A stretch of 64,000 nucleotides of DNA from the human T2T-CHM13v2.0 reference genome, Homo sapiens. A program made the position numbers and the translations under genes. Positions 40,850-60,930 of this stretch are shown piece by piece. Numbering within the stretch: position 1 is the first letter of the stretch; each line of letters starts with the position of its first letter. The notes under the pieces are model-generated. The model was not told the DNA's origin. It was given only the letters and a program-made list of their open reading frames with translations, and made no database searches. The DNA lies in the NCBI RefSeq assembly GCF_009914755.1, contig NC_060940.1; one strand, given 5' to 3'.

Positions 40850-43325
40850 AACAGTGGTATCTCTAAATACTGAGGCATATATGGACTTTAAAATAATGGT
40901 GTTGGGACAAGCAGAAAAGGATAAAATTAGAACCATTCCTCACACCATATAAAAGAATAAATGCCTAATGGATTAGATATCTAAATGCAAAAAAGGCAAC
41001 TTTACAGGTACTAAAACAAAACGCGGGTGAATGCCTCCAAAATCCAGGTGTAGAAAAAGGTTTTCTTGCCATGTCTCACAATCCAGACATAATAAAGGAT
41101 TTATGAATGTGACCTCATAGATGTAAACATCTTTTGCAGGGCAATAAATAACGTGAGCCAAGACAAATGACAAACCACGAGGAAATATCTGCAACATGTA
41201 TCACAGATAAAGGGTTAATGTCTCTAATAAATTATAACTCAAACTTGAAGAGAAAAAGAAAGACCAAAAGTCCTATAGAAAACTAAAAAAGGTATGAATA
41301 AACAGCTCATTACACACACTCCTTAAACACATGAAAAAATGTTCAACTCCATTCATAATGCAAAATAAAACAACACTGAAATATCACTTCTCACCCACTA
41401 GGTTTTTAGACTGGCAAAAACCTTCAAAAGCTTGATAATATACTCCATTAGTAGACTGGGGAAATGGGTCCTTTCTCACATTACTGGTATGAATGCAAAA
41501 TCGCATGACTTATTCTTATGGAGGGAATGTGGCAATATCTAACAAAACTGCATACACTTCCAGGAATTTAGAAGATATACCTCCTACAATGCAAAAATAT
41601 GCATGTACAAGTTATTCATTACAGCATTATTTGGAATTGCAAAATACTGCAAAGTACCTAAATGTCTAAGCATAAAAAACTGGTTGAATACGCAACAGTA
41701 CATACAATCAATGAACTACTAAGCAGTTACCAAAAAGAATGAAGATCTCAAAGAACCGAAAATGATTATGGAAAGATTTCCAGTAAAATATGTGCAAAAA
41801 GCAAAGTGCAAAAGAACAACTTATGAAGCTGGTATGCCCAATCTTGAGTAGGGTGTGGGAGAGAATTGCAAACAAATCCTGAACCCCTTAGTAGGCTTGC
41901 TTCTGTAGTAGAATGAGTGAAGCAATTCTGAAAACACTTAGCTGCATGATAGCACTGGGTAAATCAGTAAATGTGCTGATGTTTCTGGCAGACAGACATA
42001 AAAATATTAGAATAAGGGAAGATAAGGAAGAACCCTCTGAGGATAGACTGAAATTGGAGATACGGGTTTAGGCTTGTGATTTCTAAAATAAGTATGAGTA
42101 TATGTGTTCATATTTATGTATACACACACACACACACATATATATATACGTATATTTATGCAGGGATAGATAATTGTATCTATCCAGGCACAAAATTCCC
42201 AGCTCTGTCTACAGAAAGGACGTAGAAGCAGAGACACCAGAGTAGCAATGAGCATATCTATTGTCCAGATCTTAGTTTCTAATACCCTACTAAAAGGAAC
42301 CAGGGTTCCTCAAATAAGTGGATGATTCCAGGCTCAAGGGAGATAAATTATAAAATGAGTCTAAAATATTTTGCAATACCAAGAAGTAAAAAACTTTTAG
42401 GCATGTCACAGGGAAATAGGAACTAGCTTGAAAGGACTCCCACTGGGAAAATCTGGGACAATGTGTGCCCTCTAATTTATTAGGGGGCAGTAATAAATTC
42501 TGAATCATTGAAAAAAAAAATAGCAATCCATGAGTCTACATCAATACGTAAGACAAGGAAAGGAAAGGAAAGAAAAACTCCGACTCTCCACTATAAACCT
42601 AAATTTAAACTGCTTGGCACAGCATCCAGGATCCTCTATCATCTGGGTCCCAATCTGCTTTCCTGGCCTATCTTTCACTAGGCAGCCAAGCTGCAGAGAC
42701 TATATAGGTTTACCTAATGAAGTTCATCGTCCGTACTCTCCCACATGCCCGTCATCCCACCAGAAGTTTACTGGCCCAAATACATCCCACACTGCCCATT
42801 TCAATGTTACCGTTCATGCTAAGACCCTACTGCCCATCTCCTCCTGCTCAACATCACTCTCCTCCGGGAATGTTCCCAATCCCTGTTTACTGTTCTTTCC
42901 TTTCCATGCTTCCCATAAACTCTGCTTTTCTGTCTCATGAGGACTTTAACTCGTTCATCTTATTTTTTATAATAAACTGAAACTAGGAGCAGTGCATCAA
43001 CAGGAGAATGGATAAACTGGGCTATATTCATACAACGAAATATAATTCAGCAATTAAAAAATGAATTACTGTTACCTCCAACAACACGGATGAATCTCAA
43101 ACATTCTAAGTGAATGAAGCCTTCACAGGAAAGGGTGGGTATTTTATAAACCCATTTACATGAAATTCCAGAAAAGGCTAAACTAATCTTCAGAGAAAAA
43201 AATTCAGAAGAATGGTGGGTATGGGAGGGTAGGTAGGGATTGACTGGTAGAAAATGAGGGAATTTTCTGGGGTAACGTTAATTCCCTGTGTCTTTATAGG
43301 AGTATAGTTTTGTCAAAACTTCTAT
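40850..43325 (+). mobile_element. Old L1 remnants (L1ME-like 40850-41820, L1MC-like 41960-42520, L1ME-like 3' end 42980-43325)
   Basis: L1 ORF2-end and 3' UTR blocks such as ctactaaaaggaaccagggttcct and ggatgaatctcaaac. Confidence 0.7.
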
Positions 43326-43328
43326 CTT

Positions 43329-43688
<360 letters not shown>

Positions 43689-43975
43689 TCAACATCATGT
43701 GGCTATTCTACGGACATGGAGATTGACTAATTTTAGCATTAACTTCAAGCAATGATTTTGAAGGCACTTACTAGAATACATTGGTTGTATCCTAACCACA
43801 GATTATGGTATTTTTGGCCAACAAGACCCATGCATTTGTAATGCTCCTCTCCATAAACAACTGACTGCTATGCAACAGGGACTCTGCCAGATGTGCTTCT
43901 GCAGGGTTCTTGTTTCTATGGAACATTTAAGTTTACAAAGCATTTTCCTGAACAGTTTCTCAATTAATTTACAAC

Positions 43976-44235
43976 TTTATTTATTTATTTAGAGACGGAG
44001 TCTTGCTCCGTTGCTCAGGCTGGAGTGTAGTGATGTGATCTTGGTACACTGTAACCTCCATCTCCATGGTTCAAGTGATTCTCATGCCTCAGCCTCCCAG
44101 CTAATTTTTGTATCTTTAGTAGAAACAGGGTTTCACCATGTTGGCCAGGCTGGTCTTGAAATCCTGACCTCAGGAGATCTGCCTGCCTCGGCCTCCCAAA
44201 GTGCTGGGATTACAGGCGTGAGCCACCGCACCCAC
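43976..44235 (-). mobile_element. AluS with an internal deletion
   Basis: gcctcccag joins directly to ctaattttt. Confidence 0.88.
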
Positions 44236-45049
44236 CCTACAGCATATTTCTTAATTGCTAATCTGTATTTCTGCTCTCAAGTAAGTCTTTTGCTTCCTAG
44301 GAGAGGCTAATGGTTATTGGGCATCCTGCCTGAGAAAGCTCTCAGATATATGTGGAATTAGTTTATTTCATATAATGTTTCTGTATCTATATGTATGTAA
44401 GACCTGCCATCCTCTAATAAAAATAAAAGCTGTGATTATATCCCATATAACTTAACTACGGCAGTTTTAAATAAAAGTTTTAATTATACATTAAAAACCA
44501 GATATATGTAACACTGCCTTTACAAATGTGATTCTTTATATATTTGGAAGGTACTGCTGTGCATGTGTGTGTATGTGCATGCGTGTGTGTAGCACTCTCA
44601 ATACCTGCATGTTGATGAGGCATTCTTTTATTAACTGATTTTAAAAGTCAAAAGGTAAAATGAGAGGCAAAACAATCTCCCATTTGTATGACCTCATTTT
44701 GCATACAGATTTATAATGTACAAAGTGAGCTAGTTTATAATGAATAAGAAGTGGACATTTAAATCCACTGTAAGAAGTGGTGATTAATTAAAAAATAAAA
44801 TGTCACAGACACAACTTGGTATGTTAAAATTGAACATTAAACTTTGATTAGTGTTTTGTTAAAAGCTAAGTCGCTGTCAACTATCCATCAAATTCCACAA
44901 GGGTGAACATCTCCAGTACTTTTTCCTTTTAGTAGAAAGAAATGTTTGCTTATAGAAAGGCCGTATTTTCAAACCCCTACAAATACCTTTTTCCATGAAG
45001 CAATAACAAAAATCTAGCTGCTACATGAACATATTCCCCATTTTAAATT

Positions 45050-46300
<1,251 letters not shown>

Positions 46301-47766
46301 AGGAATTTTTGTTTTTTCCAAATTCTCAACAGTCATTAGCTTCAAGATTCAGAAATGAGAAATTCAGAATTCCCAAATCATAAAATATTCTGCATTTTTC
46401 ATAGCATTGTGTTACATGTTGTTGAATAATGAGTTATAAATAGCAAATCACTTTTATGTGATACACTTATACTGAAAGCTTCAGGGGTCAGTTCTATAAA
46501 GTAAGATATAATAATATATGCACAGGTTATTATTATGAATGAATACACTGTGAGAAAAGCACGTATTTCAATAACACATAAAAATAACCTCTACCTGATA
46601 TAGACGTTTGTTAACAGAAAACATTAAAAACACAGTAGCACCAAATGAATGCCAAATATCATTTAAAAATTGAAAGATGCCACAAATATTTAAAAGTTAT
46701 TCTTAAATGATACTTTAAAACACACAAGTATTAACTAATATTTGTTTTGTGAAAAATATTCCAAATGTAGAAAAGCTTCTTTCATTTTATGCTGAACATT
46801 GGTCAAGAGTTGGTCAAACTCTTCAGAGTGGTGTCCAAAGCCAACTGCAGTTAGGATTTAGACTATATACGGCTTCATATAAGCCCAATTCCTTTCCTAG
46901 TGTTGAAAATATTTTGTCTGCTTGCCTTGATTTTGCTCTTAAAATTGATACTGCTTTTCCTAATTCAAATTTTATATCAGCTGATTTCACATTAAGAGTA
47001 TTCCACAATCATATTCACACATCTTCTCTTTACATTTCTCCTGTAAAAGTATTTACAAAGAACCGTAGCCTACATTAAATATTCAAACACTGGAAAACAC
47101 CAGTGAACATTATTGGATTCTATGAAGATAATGTAACATTTGGCTATCCTAGCAAGGTTAACAGCACTACACAGGAATCACGCTTCAAAGCTACCAACTT
47201 AAGGGCTGCTGCCAAAACTTACATCTTCCAACAAGACTTGGAGGATTTTGTAAAGTATACTCATGTGCAAAACTCAATAGATTTTTATTGAGAAGAATGA
47301 CTCACTATTAATAGCAGGCAGGGCCATAAACATACACTTGCAATATGGTGACAGTGACAAGCAAGAATGACGTGATTGGAATGTGACCCCTTCTCTCCTA
47401 CATGTTGCTGTCCTGGTTCTGAAATGACGACCTTAATCTCTGACTCCATGTGTCGCTGACTGTGCTCTTGCCTTTGACCTGATGCTGGATAATTCCTTTA
47501 AACTAGTAATGCCCATGTTGGCTGTTAAAATTTTAGTTCTCGCAGAATATTTCCTTTTCCTGATTTCTTGACTCATTTTTCTCACAATTTGGAATAAGAG
47601 ACAAATGTCTCTAAATGCCAAGAAGGAATTCCTGCATGGAAAAACTATGGGAAATCAATTGATCACACATATGTGGTTGTATTCTTGGACTCTCTATTCT
47701 ATTTTGTTTCACTATCTGTCTTTCCTTACCCAGCCCCACACTGTACTACTACAGTTTTACAGTAAG

Positions 47767-48074
47767 TTTTCTTTTTTTTTTTTTTAAACTGATGGGGTCT
47801 GGCTCTCTCACCTGGGCTAGAGAGCAGTGGTGCAATCACAGCTCACCGCAGCCTCAACCTCCCAGGTTCAAGCGATCCTCCTACCTCTACCTCCTGAGTA
47901 GCTGGGACTACAGGCATGCACTACCACACCTGACTAATTTTTAATTTTTTTGTAAGGATGGGGGTGTCTTGCTATGTTGCCTCAGGCTGGTTTTGAACTT
48001 CTGGGCTCAACTGATCCTCCCTCCTTGGTCCCCCAAAGTGCCGGTATTATAGGCGTGAACCATCATGCCTGGCC
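47767..48074 (-). mobile_element. AluJ
   Basis: Reverse Alu with TSD tacagtaagt. Confidence 0.9.
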
Positions 48075-48479
48075 TACAGTAAGTCTTAAAGACAGGTAGA
48101 GCAAGTCCTTTAGTTGGCTGGAACGTTCATGCGCTGTATAAAATAACAGTACCCTTTCATTTTAAAGAGCTGCTGTTTGCAACATTCTCATATTTGGTAA
48201 CTGTATATGACCCTTTTAAGCTGGACACATGTACACTCCCATTTTGCAGACAAGAAACCTCATCTTCAGGGTAAATGACCTCCCCCAGGTACTGCAGCTG
48301 GGCAGGTGGCTCTGAGATTGCACTCCAAGTTCAATGTTCTTGGCACTGCTTTATAAACTCCCATCTTCCTAGGGCCAGCTCTCCTCACTGTGCCGGTCTC
48401 AACAGAAAAGAGACCCCCGCACCATCCCCACGGAGGAGCCGAAACAGCCACTTACCTTGTCACATTCATTCCTCTGCCC

Positions 48480-48680
48480 TGTTTTATTTTCCTCCTCCTA
48501 CTCGCCTCTGCCTTGCCTCTTATTTATGTCCTTACTTATCTATTCTCTCTCTCTGTCACTAGAATGTACGTTCCATGAGAGCAGGCTCTTACACTGCTTG
48601 TGCTCTCCGTACCTGGCACAGGGCCTGGCATAGAGTAAGTCCTTGGCCAAGGTTTGCTGAATGGATAAAATAAATGAAAT
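48480..48680 (+). mobile_element. L2 3'-end remnant
   Basis: actagaatgtacgttccatgagagcagg...cctggcacagggcctggcatagagtaag...ttgctgaatggat. Confidence 0.7.
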
Positions 48681-49119
48681 AAGTGAAAGCTACCTCCCTA
48701 AAAGCAATAATGCAAGTGACAAACAACAAATTGCTTATTTTATCCTGAATTAGAAATAATATGAACATAGTTTACATTCCAGTGTATGGGCAGCTTCTCC
48801 TGCTAGGCTGAATGAAAGCACATTCCCTACTAGATGTAGCTAAGGGATTGAGGGAAGGTCCCACTGTGCAAACTACCTCACACAGCAAAATGAACTGGAG
48901 AGATCCGGTAAGTGGGAGCTAGAAATGCCTTTTTATTGTGTTCACAAACTTTCATGGTGAATTCGAATTCCATGAGCATGACTGTTTCTGTGTTTGGGGC
49001 TCAATTTAGGTGGGAGAGGGGAGGATGTTGGACAACCTATGCTCAGTTCAGAAGCCAAACCCTCGGAGATCACTGATAAACCAGGATTCTTATTTCTAAT
49101 AAAGAATTTGAGTCTTGGG

Positions 49120-49629
<510 letters not shown>

Positions 49630-50654
49630 TTAAGAAAAAAATTAGTTCAACATTACAAAGAATCAATAGCATTCAATAAGAAATACTTTTCACAAGAAAC
49701 TATTTTGAATATTTCAAACAATCCCCTATTGTCAACTCACTTTAACACAGAAAAGATTGATGCAAACATGAAAGATACTACATTAATAATAATTTCTAAA
49801 TGTAAAATATATTATCAATATACAATTAGTTGGACCTGAATTTAGAACATCTGAAATTTTCAGAGGCTAGGATCAAATTTACTTTTGTACTAAAATTTAC
49901 CTTTTGACTTCAATCAAAGGACTTACTAATCAAATTAGTAACATAATCAAGGCTATAAGAAAAACAAAACATCATCCCTGCAAACCAAAAGGCCAACTAT
50001 TTCAGAAAATAAACTACTTTTTAAAAATTTCCAGGAAGTTAAACATGAGCGATTGAACACACTATTTATCTGCAGAGAGAAGATAACACCTATGGAGGAA
50101 AAGAGAACAGGAGAGGCAGCATCAGAGAATGGGGTATCAGCTCACCTTGCAGGCACTCTCTTTGTAGAGGAAAAGCAGGGAGAAGAGTGGCAAAGAGCTC
50201 TGCATAGAGGCAGAAACAGAAATCTGAGTGCTCTACAAAAGGCAGATTCACCCAATTAAGCCATGCAAAATCTCAGCACAACCAGGCCCTAGATTCCTAA
50301 AACGAGCAGGTGATGAGGACTGGAGCCATGTCAGGAGGGAGCAAGGCTGTAATAGGATCCCCTACCCCAGGGAAGCCAGGGCACTGGTATCACCCCAGGC
50401 CAGTAGGAGCTAGATAGGAGGTTTATACTCTGGAGAAAGCGATCTCCGCAGGCTCAGCGGCACCAGGTACAATGGTGAAGAGTGACAGTGAGGCGAAATG
50501 AGCTGACGAAATGGGGTAGCCATCCCCCACATACCGAGGAGTGAGGCTGTCCAGCTCCCTTCTGCCAATCTGTACCCAGAGCACAGCAGTTAGGTTTGTA
50601 TCCCCCAAGCTGAAAATCAGAGCATCAATCTCTAAAAAAAACTGAAACCTTACA

Positions 50655-51715
50655 GCTAATTCATATTTAACGTTGAAAGATTGAAAGCTTTCCTCCTAAG
50701 ATCAGGAATAAGATAAAGATGTCAGCTCTCACAACTTCTATTCAACAATGTACTAGAGGTCCTAGCCAGAGAAATAAAGGCAAGAGAAAGAAAATGTGTA
50801 TGGGAAAATTTGTACTGGGGAGATAAATGCAAATGTCTTTATTTGTAGATAGAATTTCTCAAACGAAAAATATCCAATACTCTACAATAAATTATTAGAA
50901 CTGATAAGTGAGTAAGTAAGGTTGGTTTAAGAATACAAGGTCAAAATTAAAAAGCTATTATATTTCTTTATATTAGCAATAAATGACTGGAAGTGGAACT
51001 TTAAAAATATATGACTTACAATAGATCAAAAGGTAAAATACTAAGGGACAACTCCAGTATAGCATATGCAAAATTTGCATGCTGAAAACTATAATACACT
51101 GATGAGAGAAATCAAAGAAAGCCCAAGTAAGTGAAAAGATACACTACATTCATGGGTTGGAAGACTCAATGTAGTTAAGATGTTAATTCTCCTCAAAATG
51201 GTTTACAGGTTCAACACAATTCCAATCAAAGAGCTAGCAGACTTTTTGTAGAAACTGACAAACTGACTAAAACTTTTGTGGAAAAGTGAATAGAATAAAC
51301 TTTTATATAGAAAAGACAAGATTAAAGGTACAATATTTGATTTCAAGGCTCACTACAAAGCTACAGTAATCAAGACAGTATGGTATTGGTGAAAGAACAG
51401 ACATATAGATCAATGGAATAGAATAGTGTCCAGAAATAGACCCATACGTATATGACCAAATGATTTTTGACTAAGGAGTTGTAATTCAGTAATTTACTTT
51501 TCATAAAATAGTGCTGGAATAATTGCATATCTATATGCAAAAAATAAACTCATACCCATGCCTCATAACCGTATATAAAAATTAACTTGAAATAGATCAT
51601 ATATCTAATATAAAACTGAGAATAATTAAAAACTGCTAAAAAACATGAGAAAATCTCTGTGACCTTATCTAGGCAGAGTTCTCATGTAGATATAAGAAGC
51701 GTAAGCCATAAAGGA
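50655..51715 (+). mobile_element. L1M ORF2 (reverse transcriptase region) remnant
   Basis: ttgaaagctttcctcctaagatcaggaataag...cttctattcaac...ctacaaagctacagtaatcaagacagtatggtattgg. Many stops and frameshifts. Confidence 0.85.
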
Positions 51716-52000
51716 ACTGAATCAGCCTCAGAGAAAAGACATATTAATTATAAAGCCAATTTTTCACCTCAACATCCTACACAGAAAGACCATCAATAAG
51801 ATTTGCCTCCACACCCAGAGCTTCTTATCAATTTTTAGTTCATTCTTAAAAAATAATGGATGGCCAAGAACAGCCAAATATTTAAAGAAAGCTTCCAACA
51901 TGACAGACAAAAACCAAAACAGACCAATATACAGACAGAAATAAAGGAACTCTGAGGAAACAAGCACAGAGTAGGGAGCTGAAGGAAACTTTACAAACTA

Positions 52001-53739
52001 CAGCCAGTCCTTGCTTTGCACGTAGTACAGGATCATAAAAACATCTGGACAACGGAAGGGTGAGTATTCTACACTCGTACTCCTTTGTAAGTTTGAATCA
52101 TCTTCCAAAGGGTTGTCCTTTGCACTCTAAAGGTGTTCTACACTCACCTTGAAATCAAAGAAAAATGGATTTTTCTGTGACCTTTAGAAACTTTCGTCAA
52201 AACATTATTAAGTCTCTGACTCTGGGTTAAAAATAGAGAAACAAACAAACATACAAAAGGTAAAGCCACAACATTTAGTACACTGCAATTTAAAGCATCA
52301 GAAACCACTGAGAATTAAAGTGTTTTATTTCTTTGTATAAAACTTATGTCTATATAATGATATAGATCAATGACTAAATAACAAATAAGAGACAAATCTC
52401 TTGTTCAGAATAATTACAGACACTCCTCCCCCAAGGAGGTGGAACATAACTCCCCACCACTTAGACTTGGGCTGTGTACAGTGACTTCCTTTCAAACAGC
52501 AGAGTGTGGAAAGAGAGAGAACAGTAACTTCATGTGGAGAGATCTGGCAAACACCACCTCAACCCAGGTGATGAAGGTTAACATCCCAAGTGAGAAATCA
52601 CATTGACAGCATGTTCCCTTGATATGAAGTGATGAGGATGGCACTTCATCACGGGTCTTCCATCCAAAACCCATAACCTTAGTCTAACCACTAGAAAAAT
52701 ATCAGACAAACTCAAGTTGGAGGACATTCCATAGATTAGCTGGCCAATTTCATCCTGAAACTGTCAAGGTAATCAAAAACAAGGAGAGTCAGAGAAACCA
52801 TCGTGGTCTAAAGAAGCCTATGGAGATATGATGGCCAAATATAATATGGTATCCTAGATGAGATCCTGAAACTGAAACAGAAAAAGGACATTAGGTAAAA
52901 ACCGAGGAAATGTGAATAAAGTATGAGCTTTTGTTAAAAACAAAAAAACTTATTCAGGGTAGTTTAAACAGTGTGTGCCTTCTTCTTGCCATGTAACTTA
53001 TGATATGCAGTGAGTGTTTCTTCTATGCCTGGGTGAACTGTTGTACTCCTTTGTAAGTGTGAATCAGCTTCCAGTGGGTTATCCTTTGCGCTTTCAATGT
53101 AGTGAAATATCTCTGAGAGCTCCTTTAATGTGAAAGTTTGTGCTGGCGTTACTTCTTCTGGGACATCTTCATCCTTTTTGTCACAACCACTTTCCTCATT
53201 TATGCTGATAAGTTGCCTTCGTTAAGTTCCTCTGGCTGCAGATTTACAGTAACTCAAATGGCAGCAGTGTCAACATTCCCGTGGTCAGCTAATTCTTCTT
53301 TATAATTCTACTTGTTTTGATTTGAATTTCACTTCCAACATTATCACTTATTGGTTCCTTATGACACTTTCATCTTGGTTGATCAATTCTCTCTTTTGAT
53401 TATCCATTTGAAAAGAATGTTGCCTGGGTTTATCACTGAGAAACAAGGAGACAACATAATGACATGTTTTGCTGTCTGAGTGAATAGAATAATGAATGTG
53501 CAGACACACAGACTCTGAAAGAAGTGACCTGATTGGTGACAGATTAGGATGTGCATCTGTTTTCTACACAGGGATGAGTGGACTGAAGAGCTAGTAGTGA
53601 AGTTTATACTTTATTCAATTACTCACAGTTAACACATCGTAGTCACTGAAATTGGAATCATATTATTGGGGGACTGGTGTTATTTAACTAACCTGGTGAC
53701 TGAAATCCATGCATATCAGAACCATGCACAGAGAATTAC

Positions 53740-53740
<1 letters not shown>
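52001..53740 (-). mobile_element. Old TcMar-Tigger-type DNA transposon interrupted by an L1MC-type 3' fragment (~52347-52945)
   Basis: TIR-like ends (cagccagtccttgctttgca ... tgcacagagaattact) and degraded acidic transposase-like sequence on the minus strand at ~52960-53400. Subfamily uncertain. Confidence 0.65.
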
Positions 53741-57345
<3,605 letters not shown>

Positions 57346-57457
57346 GGAAGGCTGAGGGTGGGGAAAGGAAGCAACCTGGAGTGGGTGAGAGCAACAGAGC
57401 TGAATCCTTACCTATCCTATTTGTAAGTCAAAAGATAAACAGAAAAATCAAGAAGTA

Positions 57458-57760
57458 TGGATGGAGCTAAAGGCCATTATCCTTAGCAAACTCACACAGA
57501 AACAGAAAATCAAATACTGCATGTTCTCACTTATAAGTAGGCACTTTGTTCCTCCAAAATGGACACAAAGCGGAGAATGACAGGCACTAGGGCCTACTTA
57601 AGGGTGGAGGGTGGGAGGAGGATCAGAAAAAAGTAACTATTGCGTACCAGGCTTAGTACCTGGGTGACGAAATAATCTGTACAACAAACTTCTGTGATAC
57701 AAATTTACCTATATAACAAATCTGCACATGTACTCCAGAACCTAAAATAAAAGTTAAAAA
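57458..57760 (+). mobile_element. 5'-truncated L1PA (old primate) 3' end
   Basis: gcatgttctcacttataagt...aacctaaaataaaagttaaaaa with ~15-bp TSD aaaaat(c/g)aagaagta. Confidence 0.85.
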
Positions 57761-60356
57761 AAATGAAGAAGTAGCAGTAAGTACATTATTTGAGAAAATA
57801 AATATCAAAAGAAAGAATTGAAAGTGGTTGTCTCTGAGGGACAGGATGAGGGTAGCAGAGGACTGCCATTTTTTATTATAAACTTTTTTTGTACTATTTG
57901 GCTTTTAAAGACAATGTTCATAGCTTTCATTGAAAATATTTTTTTTTAAATGTCAAGGGCTTCACAAAGATTCACTCAATATGTGAAAAATCACTACTGC
58001 GATGTTAAGTCATGACTTGTCTTTAAAGGGTATACAGAACTCAGCTCTGTTACGATTTGGCTTTATGACCTTGAATATGACAGCTTCTCTGAGCCTCCAG
58101 TCCTCTTTTGTAAATTTGTAACGTGACAGAGGATGGACCAGATCACTTCCAAGTTCCTTCTGGCTCCACAAGTCCATGTTTATCAGGTAACATTTTTGCT
58201 TACACAGTTACAGATACCACCCACCCATTCCTTAAAAGAATACATTACATTTCTTCAAAAATGTCCTCCCATCTATCCTCACCTCCATCCATCTGAGTTA
58301 CTGTGGTATTACTACATTCCACAATCATTAACATTTGCAGATAGAAATGACACAAAAGAAAACATTCAAAGCCAGTTACCTAAACAACAAACTTTGTATC
58401 TTAACCCTGTATGTTTCTGAAGATGTTCCATCTCTTTGGAAACTGTCATTTTTGGTTCCTTCCGGCTTTCCTATAAACCCACTAACACTAATTTGAGAAG
58501 AAAAGAAAATCCCCTAATGGCATCTGGGCAGGGTCAAATTTGGAAGTATACTACTCCTTCACAAACAGTGACCAAAAAAAAGAGGTAGGTGCCTGAAGGA
58601 TCCACCTACTCCTCTCTCCTCTCCGCTTGTGCACCCCGCTTTTCCTGATGCCCCTGCAGGCAAATGACCAGAAATAAGAGGAAGCCATCAACCATGTGGA
58701 GAAGTCTATTCTAAATTCTCACAGTTTCATTATGTCATTAACTTAGCAATCCTAAATGGACATTCATGTCAGATTTTTAGGCAAATTCCAAATGAAGGCA
58801 TCATTAGCACTAACAATTTAATGTGATGAAGGAACAGGGTATGATGGCATTACCAGAAGGAGAAGAAATGGGGGGCCCACCTGATAGGCTGCTCATCACA
58901 TGGAGAATGTCATTTCAGCCCCCCTCAGAACAAGGAATCACCTACCAAAAGCTGTAACATCAAGAAACACAATGCTTCTTGCCCCTTGATTTAGTTTGTG
59001 AAGACTCTTCCGGGGTTAATTTGCAATTATAGCAAACTAGAAACTAATCTGCCAAGAATTCGGAGTCATTAATTTACGAAGATGAACCAATGTACCACAT
59101 GGTCATTCACAAGAATTCCCCAATTCTCTTTATCAAATAGATGACACCTAATGTAATACTCAGAAAACAGTGGTGTGAATACTGATTTCTGCAGCATTGC
59201 ATGATATTGATTACCTTTTAAATTATTTTCCCTTAAAAAATGGCATGAAAAGTCTTCAGACCTAATATTCCAAGGCATGTACATACTCCTACCTTCAGGT
59301 GGCTCTTTCAGTCTGAACAAAAGGTAAGGCAATACAAATAAGGTAGATTATGGTGCAATTATCAAAAGAATGTCATTCCTCTCTGCCTTACTGTAAGCAA
59401 AGCAATTGAAAACATTCCTAACACGACTTTATACTGTTAAAAGAAAGAAAACAGTCTGCATGGCCTTCTGAGCAGGACAGTGAGTGGGAAGACATGTTCC
59501 AAGTGTGGTACAGGATCTCCTGCTCATTCATTTATTTAAACGTTTTTCCAAGTGGCCACAAGGTATTACTTGCTAGGTGCGGGAACACTAAGAAGAATAC
59601 GTGACAATCCCTGACTTTTTCTTTTCACTTCTTACAAGAGTCCCAAAGGCAAAGAATTCCCAAGGACTCTGGGTGGCACAGAAGGCATCTCACAAGGCAC
59701 TTCTAGTCGAAGGGAAGGATCATAAATGGATATCTTAGGAGGGAGCAGGCATTTTGTAAAGAGCATGAATGGGATTTGGGAAGAGAGAGAGGAGGGCTTG
59801 AATTTATTGATTGGTTTTGTGACTCTGAGCAAGTTCCTCAATTAAAAAATGGGTTACTGTGAAGATTAAGAAACAAAACAAAATAGAAAAGTGTGTGTTA
59901 TGGTGCCTGGCACATGAGAGACTCTGTAAATGCCAGTGCCTTCTCTGTCACCTCCCTTTCCTATGGTGGGAAAGGTGGACAGTCGGTCCATGTTTTTAGA
60001 GAAGACACTGATGTGGGTCTTCAGAGAGAAGACCAATGAAAAACATCAGAAAAAGAGGAGGGAAAGAGAAGGAAGAGCAGTAAGGAGGCACAAGGAGCAA
60101 GAATAGCTTGTATAGGATGGTCCCCAGTGTTGGGCAGCAAGGAGGAAAGTGTTCCAGCAGCCTTGCTGATGGGCAGGTAAGCCATCAGCCACATGGGCAT
60201 TAGCTAATTATTCTGTTCGGAACCTGTGGATCACTGAGAACCACCTCAACTGCCCTACTCTATTGGAAATGTACACAAGTTTCTAGTTTCACAGTTCTAC
60301 TCCTCCCCAACATTTTATTATGAAAACTTCAAATATATAGAAAGTTTAAAGAACTA

Positions 60357-60930
<574 letters not shown>

